Assembly (NCBI GenBank): GCA_951406725.2
Contig: OX597830.1
Location: 28,954,001 to 29,018,000, forward strand
Reading direction: 5' to 3'
Origin: Octopus vulgaris
Lineage: Eukaryota
Length of the DNA stretch: 64,000 nucleotides
The position numbers and the translations under genes were made by a program. The notes beneath the pieces are model-generated. The model was not told the DNA's origin. It saw nothing but the letters and a program-made list of their open reading frames with translations, and ran no database searches. Below, piece by piece: positions 27,990 to 42,882 of the stretch. Every line of letters begins with the position of its first letter. The stretch's first letter is position 1.

Positions 27990-29092
27990 TGATACTCTAA
28001 AAATGAGTATAATCAAAGAATTGAAAGCCACAGATCTCAGTATGGGCCACCGATTGTAACACCCAAAACTTTAATTTGATAATCAAACAACATCGATAAT
28101 AAACAGCATGTTCCTGGCCGTCACAGAACTAATAGCCACAGAAACAAATGTTAATATGACCAGGTTAGATAATACAATATATGCAGCAGCCTCTGTGACC
28201 ACAAACGAAGCAGGATACCACCTCAAACCCATCCAAACAGGAGTATCACTACCCAAACAAACCTAATAGACAAATAATATCGAGAAAAATAGAAAATAAA
28301 AGGAATGATCTGTCAATCCTTAATGGAACTAGAAGACAATCGATACTACTAATAAACAAATATACTACGTAAATACAAAATTACAAAACAAGGTATACCT
28401 GAAATTTAAGAACAACTAAAGCAAGATATCCTCGCCAAAGCACAAAGAATCCGCCGGTATGAGAAACGCCAGCTTTTCTTTGAACAAATCAAACATTTCA
28501 TCTCCAACGAAAAAGATTCTGCGAAGAACTTGGCAAAGATAACGTACAAATCAATGCAACAACAACAGTAGAAGAGAAAGATTTTGGAAAGAAATATAGT
28601 CGGCGAAGGAACAACCTCAGAAATGATCTATCAAAACAACAAACTCAGCAACTGAACAACACTGGACTCCTATAACAACGGAAGAGGTCACCTAGTCACT
28701 GCAAAAATTAAGCAACTCGATGGCACATGGTTAAGACAATATCCCCAACTTCTGGTTAAAATATCTAACCTAAATACATAAAAGGCTAGCTGAGAAATTT
28801 AACGAAATACTAACAATGCCAGAGAAAATACCAGAATGGCCCACTGAAGGGAAAACTATTCTAGTTCCCAAATCCATTGAAACTACAATTTATAAAGCCT
28901 TTACTGCAATAAAATCGCAGGGAATGATCAAGCATCTGGAAGAAAACAACCGGTTTCGGGAAGAGCAGAAGGGATGCTGCAAGGGTTTATACGGCTGTAA
29001 AGACCAGCTACTGGTCAACAATGCCATAACTGGAGACAAGCGTAGAAAGAAGGATCTAAGTAAGGCTTGGATCGATTATCGAAAGGCTTTTG
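27990..29092 (+). mobile_element. R4/Dong-like pre-RT and RT (N-terminal motifs) fragment
   Basis: NTIYAAASV, IPNFWLKYL, then ORF 28816-29109 IPEWPTEGKTILVPK...EEQKGCCKGLYGCKDQLLVNNAI...LSKAWIDYRKAF. Multiple stops and frameshifts. Confidence 0.88.
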
Positions 29093-29619
29093 TATTTGTA
29101 TGCACGTGACGTGCTTTTATCTTTCTCTTCTCAACGCTCGATTTTCTTGTGTTCAGCATTTCACAACGTCTTGACTTAACAGCCCTCACCGTTTGTTTTT
29201 ACTGTTTTGTTCTCACTGTCCTGTTTTGATTACGTCTTTCACCCTCTGCAAAAAATCCCAAATTTTATTTAATTTGATTTGCGGGAAGGACTGTTTTAAT
29301 GAGGAGTAGATAAAACAACGAACAACTGATGAAACGAATGTTCTTTATGCTACATGTCTCGTATCTCTGATGTTCGTTTTTTTTTCGTTCGAAAAAGTTC
29401 GTTTCCTATATTTTTGCTTGACATGTTCTCATTTCTCATTCTGTCACGTTTCTTTGATATCCTGTACCCATATATGCATGTATATATACATATATATGTA
29501 GGTATGTACATATATGCGTGTATATATGCGCCCTCTTTCACACATACTCTCTTACACATACGCACACCTTCGTTTTGGGATCACTACTACTTTGTTATAT
29601 CCCTTACTTCTTCGCTCTC

Positions 29620-29832
29620 CGGTGTGATCCTTCTGTCCGGCATTCGCCATGATAGATCGGTAGCCACTACACACATTTTTTCTCTCTCCTTGTTTCTTTC
29701 TGTGTTCCTTTCTGTGGAAGAGCGCAGGCTCGAAACGTTAAAGACTTTTTCAATTCCCGAGCGTCATACTAATACATGTTTGTTTTCTACACCACCTGTC
29801 TTCGTCTTTTGCTTTTTTCGTGAATTCTCCCT
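29620..29832 (+). mobile_element. Short element with variant minimal hammerhead motif, ending at (TA)n
   Basis: 29708-29743: cttt-CTGTGGA-a-gagc.gcag.gctc-GAAA-cg-TT-aaag. Confidence 0.65.
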
Positions 29833-29842
29833 ATATATATAT

Positions 29843-30019
29843 ATTCTTTTATTCACTTTTACTCATTTATTTATTTCAGTCATTTGACTGTGACCACGCT
29901 GGAGCACCGAGTGTAGTCGACCATTGTATATATATATATATATGGTCGACTAAACTCGGTGCTCCAGCGTGGTCACAGTCAAATGACTGAAATAAATAAA
30001 TGAGTAAAAGTGAATAAAA

Positions 30020-30022
<3 letters not shown>
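29843..30022. repeat. Inverted duplication of a SINE A tail (about 80-bp arms) around a (TA) spacer
   Basis: Arms of about 29843-29924 and 29942-30022 are reverse complements with one visible mismatch (gtgtagt/gtttagt). Confidence 0.92.
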
Positions 30023-30078
<56 letters not shown>

Positions 30079-30093
30079 CTATTTGTAAATCTC

Positions 30094-30423
30094 TCAGTAA
30101 CAGTGCTCTAGAGTAAAGATTATTTGCCAATATAACGTGGCAGTCCTGGTTAGGATAAATGTTAGACCTATTTAAACCTAGTAAACATCATCTCCATCTG
30201 GCTATATGACTTGCTATTTGTGTCATATTTTCGAACAAGGGAGTTTATCATTCCCACTCAGCACAAAACAATATCTGTGTATCATGCTTTTTAGGTTATT
30301 TCTGTTCATGAGTACAAAATAACTGCTCAGTTAGAGCTGGCACTTCTAAATTCTTATTCCATATATATTGGCCTTACCACGTTATTTTGGCAAATAATCT
30401 TTACTCTCGCGTACTGTTACTGA
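30094..30423. repeat. 47-bp imperfect inverted repeat flanking about 236 bp
   Basis: tcagtaacagtgctctagagtaaagattatttgccaatataacgtgg (30094-30140) versus ccacgttattttggcaaataatctttactctcgcgtactgttactga (30377-30423), with about 4 mismatches. Confidence 0.8.
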
Positions 30424-30511
30424 ATTTCTCTTATTGCGTAATTTTCTATCTTATTAGATCAGTAACTGTGTGTCTATATGAAAACTATATAATCTAAGTG
30501 AGGCGTATACC

Positions 30512-30744
30512 TATTTCTTTACTACCCACAAGGGGCTAAACACAGAGGGGACAAACAAGGACAGACAAAGGGATTAAGTCGATTATATCGATCCCAGTGC
30601 GTAACTGGTACTTATTTAATCGACCACGAAAGGATGAAAGGCAAAGTCGACCTCGGCGGAATTTGAACGCAGAACGTAACGGCAGACGAAATGCGGCTAG
30701 GTATTTCGCCTGGCGTGCTAACGTTTCTGCCAGCTCGCCACCTT
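30512..30744 (-). mobile_element. SINE family B, full length
   Basis: 15-bp TSD agtgaggcgtatacc at 30497-30511 and 30745-30759. Confidence 0.92.
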
Positions 30745-31055
30745 AGTGAGGCGTATACCGCCGTGCAAGGATATTTTGCTACATTGTTGCAAGGAAATAT
30801 ATGTTGTCCGGATTTCCCATAGTCCATTCCGTAACACTTATATGTTTTTTTCGCACATTCAGAAACCCTGGTTGCCTACCGAGGAATATAACTTTATTAC
30901 AGTTCATCATCTTTCGACAAAATTTTAAAAAATCTGCAAACTTCCATCTCAATAAACCACAATTGTTTTTTTTTATATATTCACTACAGATTTCTCGAGG
31001 CTAACTTCCTTCCTACACCTCGATTCCTGGATCTTACCTTTATATATATACAAAT

Positions 31056-31086
<31 letters not shown>

Positions 31087-32147
31087 CAGGTATGTGGTAA
31101 GTTGTTTCTGCTGTCGGTGACCACTCTTCTCTCTCCAGTCATTTCGATGAATATTATCATTATAGCTAGAGAAGTGAGCTGGCAGAATCGCTAGGACGTT
31201 TGAAAAATGCTTAGCGACATTTCGTCTGCATTTACGTTTCGATTTCAAATTCCGCCACGGTCGACTTTGCTTTTCATCCCTTTCCGGTCGATAAAATAAG
31301 TACCAATTGAAAAATGGGGCCGATGTAATCGATCTACCTCTCCCCCGAAATTGCTTGCTTTGTGCCAATCTTTGAAATCAATAATATTATTATAGCTGTA
31401 ACAACATATCTCTTTTCTATACCTTTCCAACCGTGATAAAGCTATACTGATGTCAGGTGGCGTATATGTAGGACTGCTGTTTAACATTAGGCTGTTATAT
31501 TAAGTATAGCACACATCCACGAAGAAGAGACATCCTCATTAATCTAGAATGTTAAGTAAGTTTTAAAATTAAAGCACCAATTGTATGAATGACAGATTCC
31601 AGTTACTGGAAAGTTCAAACTGATAGAAAAATCAAGACATTTATTAAGGTTAATGACGGCAGGTGAGGGTTGGGAGTTTGTAAAGACCAATCACGTTAAG
31701 GCGTTACATTGGACGAAAAGAAATTAAGTAAATAGTAAAATATCTTGTCATCAACTTTTACTTCAAATGCTGTAAAGATTCTTGATAAAAGGAAGATAAT
31801 TTTATGGATGCATGTCTCAGTTTTGACCTGAATCTGTCAGTTCAAATAGTCCTGCCGCCATTCAAGCCCTGTCTGGAGCTGTCGTTTTCTCGTACGTTTA
31901 CCGTTATCTCCATTATCCTCCAAACATTCCGCAAAAACTCTCTTGATGTGTTCCATCGTTTAGAAGAAAGTGTGATATATTTGATAAGACTTACTTGATT
32001 TCTACTTCCACTCAACTTGGAATTCTTTAATCAAGAAATATGTGTCGTGCACTCAAACATGCCAGCCAACAAAGTGAATATGTACATGTTTATATATATA
32101 TATATATATGTATGTATGTGTGTGTGTGAGAGCGCGTGTGTGTAACA

Positions 32148-32182
<35 letters not shown>

Positions 32183-33269
32183 TAGATATATATAAAGTAT
32201 TTAGTTCTTTATTTAGGGAAATACCTACATACCTTAATATTTATTGGAATAAATTTGCTGCCTACAAAAGGCGATATTACTCTGCATTAGCTTTCCCAAT
32301 TTGCTGGCCACTGCACACATGCACAATATATAACACCGATCACGTTACGCATAAGCACGCTCATACACAAACACAGACCCACACGTACACGTACATATTT
32401 ATACTCCCCGCCACACACACATGTGCACATATGAGGGTTTATTGCTAATAAGACAGAATTGCTTAGCATCTTTGATAGACCACTCGAACCATCCTATTAG
32501 TTTCTGGATTTTTCTAATGTGCATCTCAATATTTGCTATTCATCGCTTCGATGTCCATAAATAAAATGGTGCCTAAAAATAGGGACAGTTTCTCATCTCT
32601 CTCTGTCCCCTCCTTCCTCAGCTTCCTGTTCGTCTCTTTCTCTCTTCCCCTGAATCAGTAACGTTGAAAGAGTAACCAGAACGCGCCACATCGCCTCTCC
32701 ATTCCCTTCCATTCTACAGAGCGACTAAATAATCTAGACCAAATAACGAGCTTGAAATTTAGTGTAAAGTGTCTAAGAGTCGAATGAAGAAAACTAGATG
32801 AAGCGGACACATTTATTTGAGAATATTTTAGCTAATCAGTATTGCAATGATGACAGCGAAAGCTAACTCAAGATTTGACCTATCATAGAAAGCTATTTCA
32901 TTTGGCTACGTACCATTAATAATAATCATTTCAACTGCCACTGTATTATTCCATTCTATAAAAATGGACTGGCTCTCCGTCGGTTACGACGACGTGTTTT
33001 CCATTTGATCCGATCGAAATAAAGGCGCTCACAGCTGCGTACTCCACAACCTTGCGTACCCTTAGTTTTGCTCTGAGGAAGATTCAGGCTGACACACCGA
33101 ATGTGAAAAGGCAGAGTCTTTGGATCACGAACACACGCGCGCGCGTGCACACACACACATGTAGATACCCATACAAATACTTATATAGATACAGAAATGG
33201 AAAGATACACACACATACATATATATACAAGAAAAATATGTAAAGTACTTATACAACCTGTTTAATTGT

Positions 33270-33630
33270 TTCAAGGTTCATCCAAGGCTGGGACCACAGC
33301 CCATACACCCCCTACCCAATTCAGGATCACAGCATATAATTTGGTTTCCTCAACAAGCCCTGCCCTGTTTAACATTGTCCCGAAAGAGATCAAAGAAGAA
33401 AATGATCCCATCACCTTTAAACGGAGTCTGGACATATTTCTTCAAGGAATACCGGATAAGCCACCCATACCTGGTTACAAATCACTCAACAGGTACTCGG
33501 TACTTGAATGCACCACAAACAAAAGTTGACTTAAGCGGTATTTAGATAATCTTATCAGGTGGTGCTATTAAGTTAGACATGGCCTGGACCAATCTTTCGT
33601 CGAAACATATCTAAGTTTTATCTAAGTTTT
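33270..33630 (+). mobile_element. CR1/L2-like LINE 3' end (second family)
   Basis: SPALFNIVPKEIKEENDPITFKRSLDIFLQGIPDKPPIPGY parallels GPQLFNILPK...FKIKLDLFLSGVPDEP at 44082. Tail (atctaagtttt)x2. Confidence 0.8.
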
Positions 33631-34002
33631 TAGAACGTACTCAATACATATATTCAGTCCTATTATTTCATTCGAATCTGATAACTCTGTCGATGCGACT
33701 CGGTGTTTCTTGCCAAATCTGATGCTTCGTAAGAAAAAGAAATCCCCCAATCAAAGCACCCTTGTATTACGGAGTATTCCCTGTGTGCGATAAGATATCT
33801 CTCGGCATTTATTCATTCGTTCTACGTTCTCGACTGATATGTTACCCATTGACTTTTGCGATTGATAAACACAAATCAGAAGTCTTTAGTGTTTGTGCCT
33901 GCTGCATTCTAAAGGGAAAGGAAACCTATTAGCGAATACATGGTACAATCGCACTAGCCTGTATGCTACACACACACAAAAAAAACAAACAAACACACAC
34001 AC

Positions 34003-34049
<47 letters not shown>

Positions 34050-34058
34050 GGACCATAC

Positions 34059-34221
34059 TACACGTAAATGCCTCACGCTATTAGGGAATCTTAAAGTCAA
34101 AGCTACCATAGTAAATATACAGTGTATCGAACGCGAAGGAGTGTAAACCCTTAAAAACAGATCCAGCCGCATATCATTAGGGACTTTAAGAGTCCCTAAT
34201 AGCGTGAGGCATTTACGTGTA
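34059..34221. mobile_element. MITE-like 163-bp unit with 40-bp inverted repeats
   Basis: tacacgtaaatgcctcacgctattagggaatcttaaagtc (34059-34098) versus gactttaagagtccctaatagcgtgaggcatttacgtgta (34182-34221), one mismatch. Confidence 0.7.
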
Positions 34222-34535
34222 TACACATAAAGACGAAGTTGACTGCATTGAGATAGAAGGGTCAAGAAAATTTGAAATTAAAATAGTCACTAAGTTGAAG
34301 CAAGAAAAAAAAACACTACCAGCCATGCGTTGCGTGGGATCACACGTGAAAGGTAAGTTCTCTTGTGGAAATCAGCTGCACTTTGGACATACGTAAGTTC
34401 AAAAAATATTGGCCAAACAGCTCATCGATGGCTCATTGATAAGGTTTTTGCAAATCTATCATCCAAGACAGATGGCTCATAAAATTAGCATGGTATGGTA
34501 ATTTGAATTAAATATGAATAATCTTTTCTATTATA

Positions 34536-34763
34536 TTTCTTTACTACCCACAAGGAGCTAAACACAGAGGGGACAAACAAGGACAGACAAACGGATTAAG
34601 TCGATTCCATCGACCCCAGTGCGTAACTGGTACTTAATTTATCGACCCTGAAAGGATGAAAGGCAAAGTCGACCTCGGCGGAATTTGAACTCAGAACGTA
34701 ACGGCAGACGAAATACGGCTACGCATTTCGCCCGGCGTGCTACCGTTTCTGCCAGCTCGCCGC
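34536..34763 (-). mobile_element. SINE family B, full length, young
   Basis: 13-bp TSD cttttctattata at 34523-34535 and 34764-34776. Confidence 0.92.
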
Positions 34764-35383
34764 CTTTTCTATTATAGGCACATGGCCTTAAATTTTGGGT
34801 GAGGGGGTTAGTAAATTATATCGACCCCCCCCCCCCCCAGTGCTTCGCATGCACTTATTTTATCGACGCCGTAAGAATGAAAGGCGAAGTCGACCACAGC
34901 TTCTATTACGCGTGTAAAGTATAGGAATGAAAGTGATTGCAAGTGTTGACGAAAAGAAAAGACCTTCAAGATTGGTACTCGTCTAATTCATTATGAAACC
35001 AAAACTTATAAATTAGGAAGACGAACAAATATGTACACATTTTAATGAACAAACTTCGCATTCCCGTTCGTAGACGCAAATACGCACACACATACACACA
35101 CGCACACACACAATTACACACAATTATGCATATATATAAAGAGGCAGTGGGATTTATATGTGTTTCATTCAGTTTAGATTTGCGTTTGACCGTGTGCCTT
35201 ATATATCTTGGCATACATGGATGCCAAAATTGCTTTACTCGCAATTTTCCCATTTGTATGCACTAAATACAAGGTCTATTATATTATTTTGATCGACCTC
35301 TGAATATATGAAAGTATGTATGTATATGCATTTACATATATATTTAAAGACATGTATCTATCCCTTTATCCATCTGTCTGTCC

Positions 35384-35449
<66 letters not shown>

Positions 35450-35451
<2 letters not shown>

Positions 35452-35597
35452 ATGGAGAGCAGAATTCACAAAAACAACAAAAAAAAAGGCGAAGACAGGG
35501 AAAAAGTCTTTAACGTTTCGAGCCTACGCTCTTCACAGAAAGGAAAACAAAAAGAAACAAGGAGAGGAAATAAAGAATGTGTAGTGGCTAGGGATCT

Positions 35598-35600
<3 letters not shown>
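35450..35600 (-). mobile_element. (TA)n-flanked short element with variant hammerhead motif
   Basis: Minus 35508-35542: cttt-CTGTGAA-gagc.gtag.gctc-GAAA-cg-TT-aaag. An internally shortened homologue of 29620-29832. Confidence 0.65.
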
Positions 35601-35643
<43 letters not shown>

Positions 35644-36237
35644 TATGCGTGTTTCTATATATGTGTATGTATAAATATATGTATATATACATATATATAT
35701 AGATAAATGTGTGTATGTGCATGTCTGTCCCACTAATTCGCATACATACATACATACATATATACATATGTATGAGTCTTCGTTCATCTATAGTCATCAA
35801 TGTACTCTTCAAGAAATATTTCCAAAACCAATGCTGGAATCATCTAAATGGAAAGTGCGTGTTATACGTTATACTTGCTCTGCGATACTTGCACGACGAC
35901 CTTCTCACTTCATACATACACATACACGCACACCAGACCACATACAAATACGCACACACAACACACACTCTCCATCATACACTCACACGCAGACGCACAC
36001 ATTTTAGACGTGTCAGACAGCGTTCCTTCGCAACAACAGACAAGTTCTATGCAAACCCTAACAACTCGGGAGGTTTCACCCCTTTCACACTTCTTCCACT
36101 TCTCCCGTCCTTCCATAGTACATCGGGTTTTCTTGAATATTTTATTATTCTTTATTAATTTGTATTCGTAACATACATATACACATAAATCTATGCTCAC
36201 GCTACACAGACACATAATATATATACATATATATATG

Positions 36238-36315
<78 letters not shown>

Positions 36316-36571
36316 CATACATGTATACGTATATACATATATATATACACATGTGTATATAAATATGTGTGTGCATGTGTGTGCATCTGGTTTTATGTTT
36401 ATTCCTGTTACGTACGTGTGCTTCTGTTTGTACGTATTTCTTCCTTATTTGAAGAATCTGTTATAAACCAGATTTTAATTACTTAGAAACTGCTTAAGGG
36501 GAAGTTAATAGCTTTGAGCTGATTAATTGTAGTGGAGTGAAATAAGCAAATGTTAAAAAAAAAGAGTGAAT

Positions 36572-37018
<447 letters not shown>

Positions 37019-37775
37019 TCGTGATGATGTGTGTTGTGTAGGATAGATTAAGAATTTGGTATTAAAATAATATAGTTGGTGGTGTTCTTGGAAATGGTTA
37101 ATGATGTCTTCGATCGTGTTGATGATTTCGGTGGGGAATGAGCATTTTTTTTTTCGTTTTATAATTTATGCTTTTTTATAGGTGGGGGAGGGGGAAAGTA
37201 AATTTAAATGAAATACACTGGTGGTAGAGAGAAAGAAAAAAAAAGGGAACAAAAGATTTAAATAAATAGAATAAAAAAATATAATGAAAAAAAAATTTGG
37301 GTAAATTGATGAAAATAGCTGCTCTGGCATGATGCTTGTGTGAGTGACAAGAGAGATAGATGAAAATGATGTGGGGAGAGAGATGTATGAATAAATATAC
37401 ACATATAAAGTCAAACATTTGTAAATGAGTGTATGTATACACGTACACATTTAAGTGTATGTACGCATTTGTGTTTGTAGTTAAGGGCAGATAATTTACT
37501 TAGCATATATATACATAGATACAAATCTGTTTACATTCATCTATGGCATACATTTACCTATATATATATATATATGTATATACCCACGTTCGAAGTGAAG
37601 TATATAGATAACATTGTATAACACATGCGTATGTATATAAATTGTAAATGGCAAATGATACATACTGAGATACATACATACATGCACACACATACATATA
37701 TACAGAAATGTACACATATATTTATAAATGTATGTAAACATAAAATGTGTTGGGTATAATACGTTGCTGTATGCA

Positions 37776-37836
<61 letters not shown>

Positions 37837-37885
37837 ATATTTATATATGTATATATCCATATCTATATCTATATCTATATATATA

Positions 37886-37920
<35 letters not shown>

Positions 37921-38556
37921 TTATATATACACATACACAGACACACATTGATGCTATGTTAGAAAAGGTAAATTGAAAAGAAATGACAAGGGTAACCTGA
38001 AAGCCAGAGATGAAGTTAATTCACATTAGAAAGACAAAGAGTCAGAAAGAGAGAGTGAGAGAGAGAGAGAGAGGGGGGAGCGAGATTGCAATAAAGGTAA
38101 AGAGAGAATAAGTAAGAAATAAAGAAAAAAAGGACAAATGTATATTACCATATGTAACTGTATAATGGAAGAAAAACGAAAATAATTTTAAAAATTAATA
38201 AAGCAAAGCAACGTACAAACAATAAATATATGTAAGGCAATAAAAATGGCAGATTCCTCTGACAAGATGTTGGAAAGTTTAAATGAGTTAATGTTAAAAA
38301 TGTAAAAGAATATTCATAAAATAAGGTGGGAAAATAGTGCCGGTAGTGCGACATTGTTATAGAAATTATGCTTCAATGTATTTTTTTTTTTACTGAAGGA
38401 AAGAAAAGAAACATATTTTAACCAAAGTATTTGGCCTTAATGTGTGTTTTTGGATCATTAAACATTTGTCCGTGCGTAGACATCGTAACATTCATTGTTC
38501 TGCATGCGGCTGCACACACACACACACACACACAAATGAACGTATATATAAATGTG

Positions 38557-38592
<36 letters not shown>

Positions 38593-38616
38593 GTATGTGT
38601 ATATATATATAAATGT

Positions 38617-38664
<48 letters not shown>

Positions 38665-38714
38665 GTCCATATATAGGTACGTATACACACGAACGTGTAT
38701 CTAGGTATCTATCG

Positions 38715-38755
<41 letters not shown>

Positions 38756-39028
38756 CATACATATATATATATATGTATAATATTCATATATATATACATT
38801 CATATATGCATACATATATCTCGTTAGACAAAGGAAGAAGTTATACACATATACATACATACATATATTTGTGTGTGTGTGTATGTATGTGCGTGCTTAT
38901 TTAAATTAGTTTATTGATCTAACTATGTATATATATTTAGTTTTGTGTCACCCTCCATTTAACGTCCGCTATCTGTCTGTCTATCTATCTATCTGTTTAT
39001 ATATCTATTTATTTACCTACCTACCTAC

Positions 39029-39100
<72 letters not shown>

Positions 39101-39734
39101 GTAATGATACATATATACATATACGTACGTACATAAAATACATGATTAAATATATATGTGTATGTGTATGTGCGTGTATACATAAGTACATTCATACATA
39201 CGCGTACTACACGGATTATGAGTGATTTTATACACTTTTCCAATAATATGTTCAAGGAGATGAACTACATCGGTTTCTACTTTAGAAATAGTGTTTAGGT
39301 GTAAATTGCCCGAACCTTTAGACCTACATCGATTACATAACCAAACGAAGATGAAGCACATCGATTATAGAATTGTTTTTCGAATTTTAAACATATTCAA
39401 CATTTGACAAAGAAATATATATTGCTATGATGCACATTTTAAATTATGGATTGAAATAGCGGTAGGATTTTACCAAGTTGCCCATTTTGAAAACCCAAAT
39501 ACGGCAATGATTGAAGAACGAAAGTGAATTTTTTCATAGGAATGTGTAATATGAAACTCGAACAAAGGACGGTTTTACGTTATTTACTATAAATATTGTG
39601 TCTTTATATTAATAAATACTTATATATCTACATGTTCATAGGAATACGTAAACATTTCTCCCTCCCTCAATATAAATATATATAGATATATATATATACA
39701 TATACATACACATACACGCACACACACACGCACA

Positions 39735-39818
<84 letters not shown>

Positions 39819-39828
39819 TACCTACATG

Positions 39829-39962
<134 letters not shown>

Positions 39963-42038
39963 CATATACATGTGTGTGTGTTTGTGTGTGATTATATAAT
40001 GAAGACTATGAATATTGAGACGTTCTTTTGATTCTGGGCGTTGATCGTAACACATGATGACAGAATACATACATCGAAAACGTCGTGTATTACGATCAAA
40101 CTTCACATGCTGTGATTGTAATGTAAAATTCTTAATATATTTTCAAACTATATAGCATTTACTTTGAATAAAGTCGGAGATTGTTCCTTTATTATCCGTG
40201 TTCTTCTGTATAAGACAATTTACATGATTCTAAAATCTCAGTTTTAACAATGAGATATAATTAAAATGATGATAAAACTAGAAATTTTAGCGATGGAGTT
40301 AATGAGAGGTGACAATATGAATCATACTTTCAATATAAATAACCATTGGTTGATAGTTGGACATAAGACCTATCTAAACGGCAAAACGAGAATACTATTG
40401 CGTAATAGAAGATGGCTTGTTACTCATCGAACAAATTCTCACCAGTTTGAATGCAATGTGCTGTGGAAAGCATTTGATGAACGTCTCGAAGATTGGACTC
40501 TTCTCTATTTCACTGAATATTTTGAGCACATTTTGATTCAACATAATCATATTCACCCGTAAACTGTGTCAAATATATATGAAAACTGAAAAGCACCTCT
40601 ACAGGCGATAGGTTAAAACGGCACAACGATATAGAAAATATTATGCCTTATAGTCAAAATTAATAGACATTAAATGAAAATGTTTACGTGATACTATAAA
40701 GTAATAAAGTATGCAAAATTTTAAGTTATGCTTCGCATTGAGTTTTAACACCACGCCACCAAAGAGTAAATACTATTATGTAGAAATGATGAGAAAAACG
40801 TTTGACCTCGCTCAAGAATTCAAATTATGAAGGGGTTTTGTTACAACTTCTGTGAACCGAAAGGAGGAAAATAGCGAACTTTTCTTCTCGATAGAAACAG
40901 GGGAATAAAAAGGATATGTTACGTATATATTACAAATCATATAATACATATTCATATATATATATATATATATATATGAGTGTGTGTGTGTGGGGGTGGA
41001 TGCTGACTCACATATACAGTCATATTAATGTATGTACATATGTCTATGTATCTCTCAGTTTATCTATGTACTTATACATGTGTTCCCCTGTGTGCATATG
41101 TGTGTACGTGTGTGTGTGTTTGTGTATTTGTGTGCGTGCGTGTGACTAGGGTACTTTAAGAATTAAACAGAGCTCTCAACCTTGTGTGTGACTATCGAAC
41201 AAAACCGTGGTTAAGGCTAGAATGCAACCCACCGACTTTCTGAATATCCCGGAGTCCCAGGGACGGCTAGTATGTATAAAAATTGATCATTATAAGAAAT
41301 TTGGTTTGTAACAATTTGGTCGAATGTTTCATAGTATCTAAACTTTGATCAATTCCTTAATTTTCCTCAATATTTCTATTCTATTTAATCAATTATTTAT
41401 TTACTCATTAATTTATTTATCAAACTATCTATTTTTTTATCATATGGTTTATTCATTTAGCTAGGTTTATATACTACAGGATGGCTAGCCAATTCCTCGG
41501 TAAGTAAACTTTTATCCTTCGAGATTTATTTTTCGAGATATTTATAGCAGAGTCCGATGTTTTAACTTGCCGTGTTATGTTCTAATGTGTAGTCTGTACG
41601 TTATGTTACAGCATTATTCTATTTATGAGTGTGTATATATATTTATAGGCATATATATTTATATATGTAAGACGGATAATGTAGCATCCCTTATGTAACT
41701 AAGCTGCTGTGGCCACATGGAAAATAGCAACTATTCTCTCATTTTCTAATCCCATCTCATCCTTACGGAAGAGAAATTTCAAGTCAGCATACAATTCTTT
41801 CGTTAATAGAAATATAATGATCTTCAAGACCCCTTGGTAGAATAGAGAGTTGAATATGATTATGAGGAAATATTTTGCTTTAAACATTTCATTTGTCGTG
41901 ATTACATGAACATACTGGACTTCAATCCATTGGCGTTCATTTATTTCTCAAGCCAGACTTGTTGGCGATCCAGCGTCATATTCACGCATTGAATGAGTGC
42001 CAAAGAAAACGTTATAACAGATTCAGGTTTTAGACAGT

Positions 42039-42452
42039 CTTTACTCTTTACTCTTTATTTGTTTCAGTCATTTGACTGCGGCCATGCTGGAGCACCGCCT
42101 TTAGTCGAGCAAATCGACCCCAGAGCTTATTCTTTGTAAGCCTAGTACTTATTCTATCGGTCTCTTTTGTCGAACCGCTAAGTTAAGAGGATGTGAACAC
42201 ACCAGCATCGGTTGTCAAGCGATGCTGTGAGGACAAACACAGACAAAAATATACACACACATACACACACACATATATATATACATATACGACGGGCTTC
42301 TTCAAGTTTCCGTCTAACAAATCGACTCACAAGTCTTTGGTCGGCCCGAGGCTATAGTAGAAGACACTTGCCCAAGGTGCCACGCAGGGGGGCTGAACCC
42401 GGGACCATGTGGTTGGTAAGCAAGCTACTTACCACACAGCCACTCCTACACC
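42039..42452 (-). mobile_element. SINE family A, full length
   Basis: Reverse-complement homologue of 42883-43294. Confidence 0.92.
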
Positions 42453-42882
42453 TAGACTGCTGAGTTTTCTTGAGCTCAGCCTACTAATGTTGGAGCTTCA
42501 GCGGACAGAGTTTTTGAATATCTAAAATTTATCCTCCATAAGGATTTCGCACATACATACTGCAGAATAACATCTACTACCACAATTTTTCATCATCCCA
42601 TCAACCACCCTCATTGGACTTGAACCGAGCGTCATAGACTTTCTAAACTAAAGTCTATAGCGGTTATTCTCGACTGGGGTTCATTTAAGATTTTGCTGGT
42701 TATACTTCTATGATACACAAAATATTTTAACTTGTTATTAAATATTATTAAGAACAAATTATTATTAATTTTATCAATATTTAATCATAAAAACACATGT
42801 TTCTTGAACATCGAATAGCTGGGAGCGTTTATCCAACAAAAACTGGAACCAGAAGTGTCCATTGGTAAAAGATATATATATA

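Noticed and set aside
40266-40562. 98-aa non-repetitive ORF
   Set aside because: No recognisable motif or convincing splice context; its length is within chance expectation.
41060-41270. Possible mini-Helitron ending ggacggCTAG|T
   Set aside because: The hairpin is weak and the 5' end is not definable; too little support to list as a feature.
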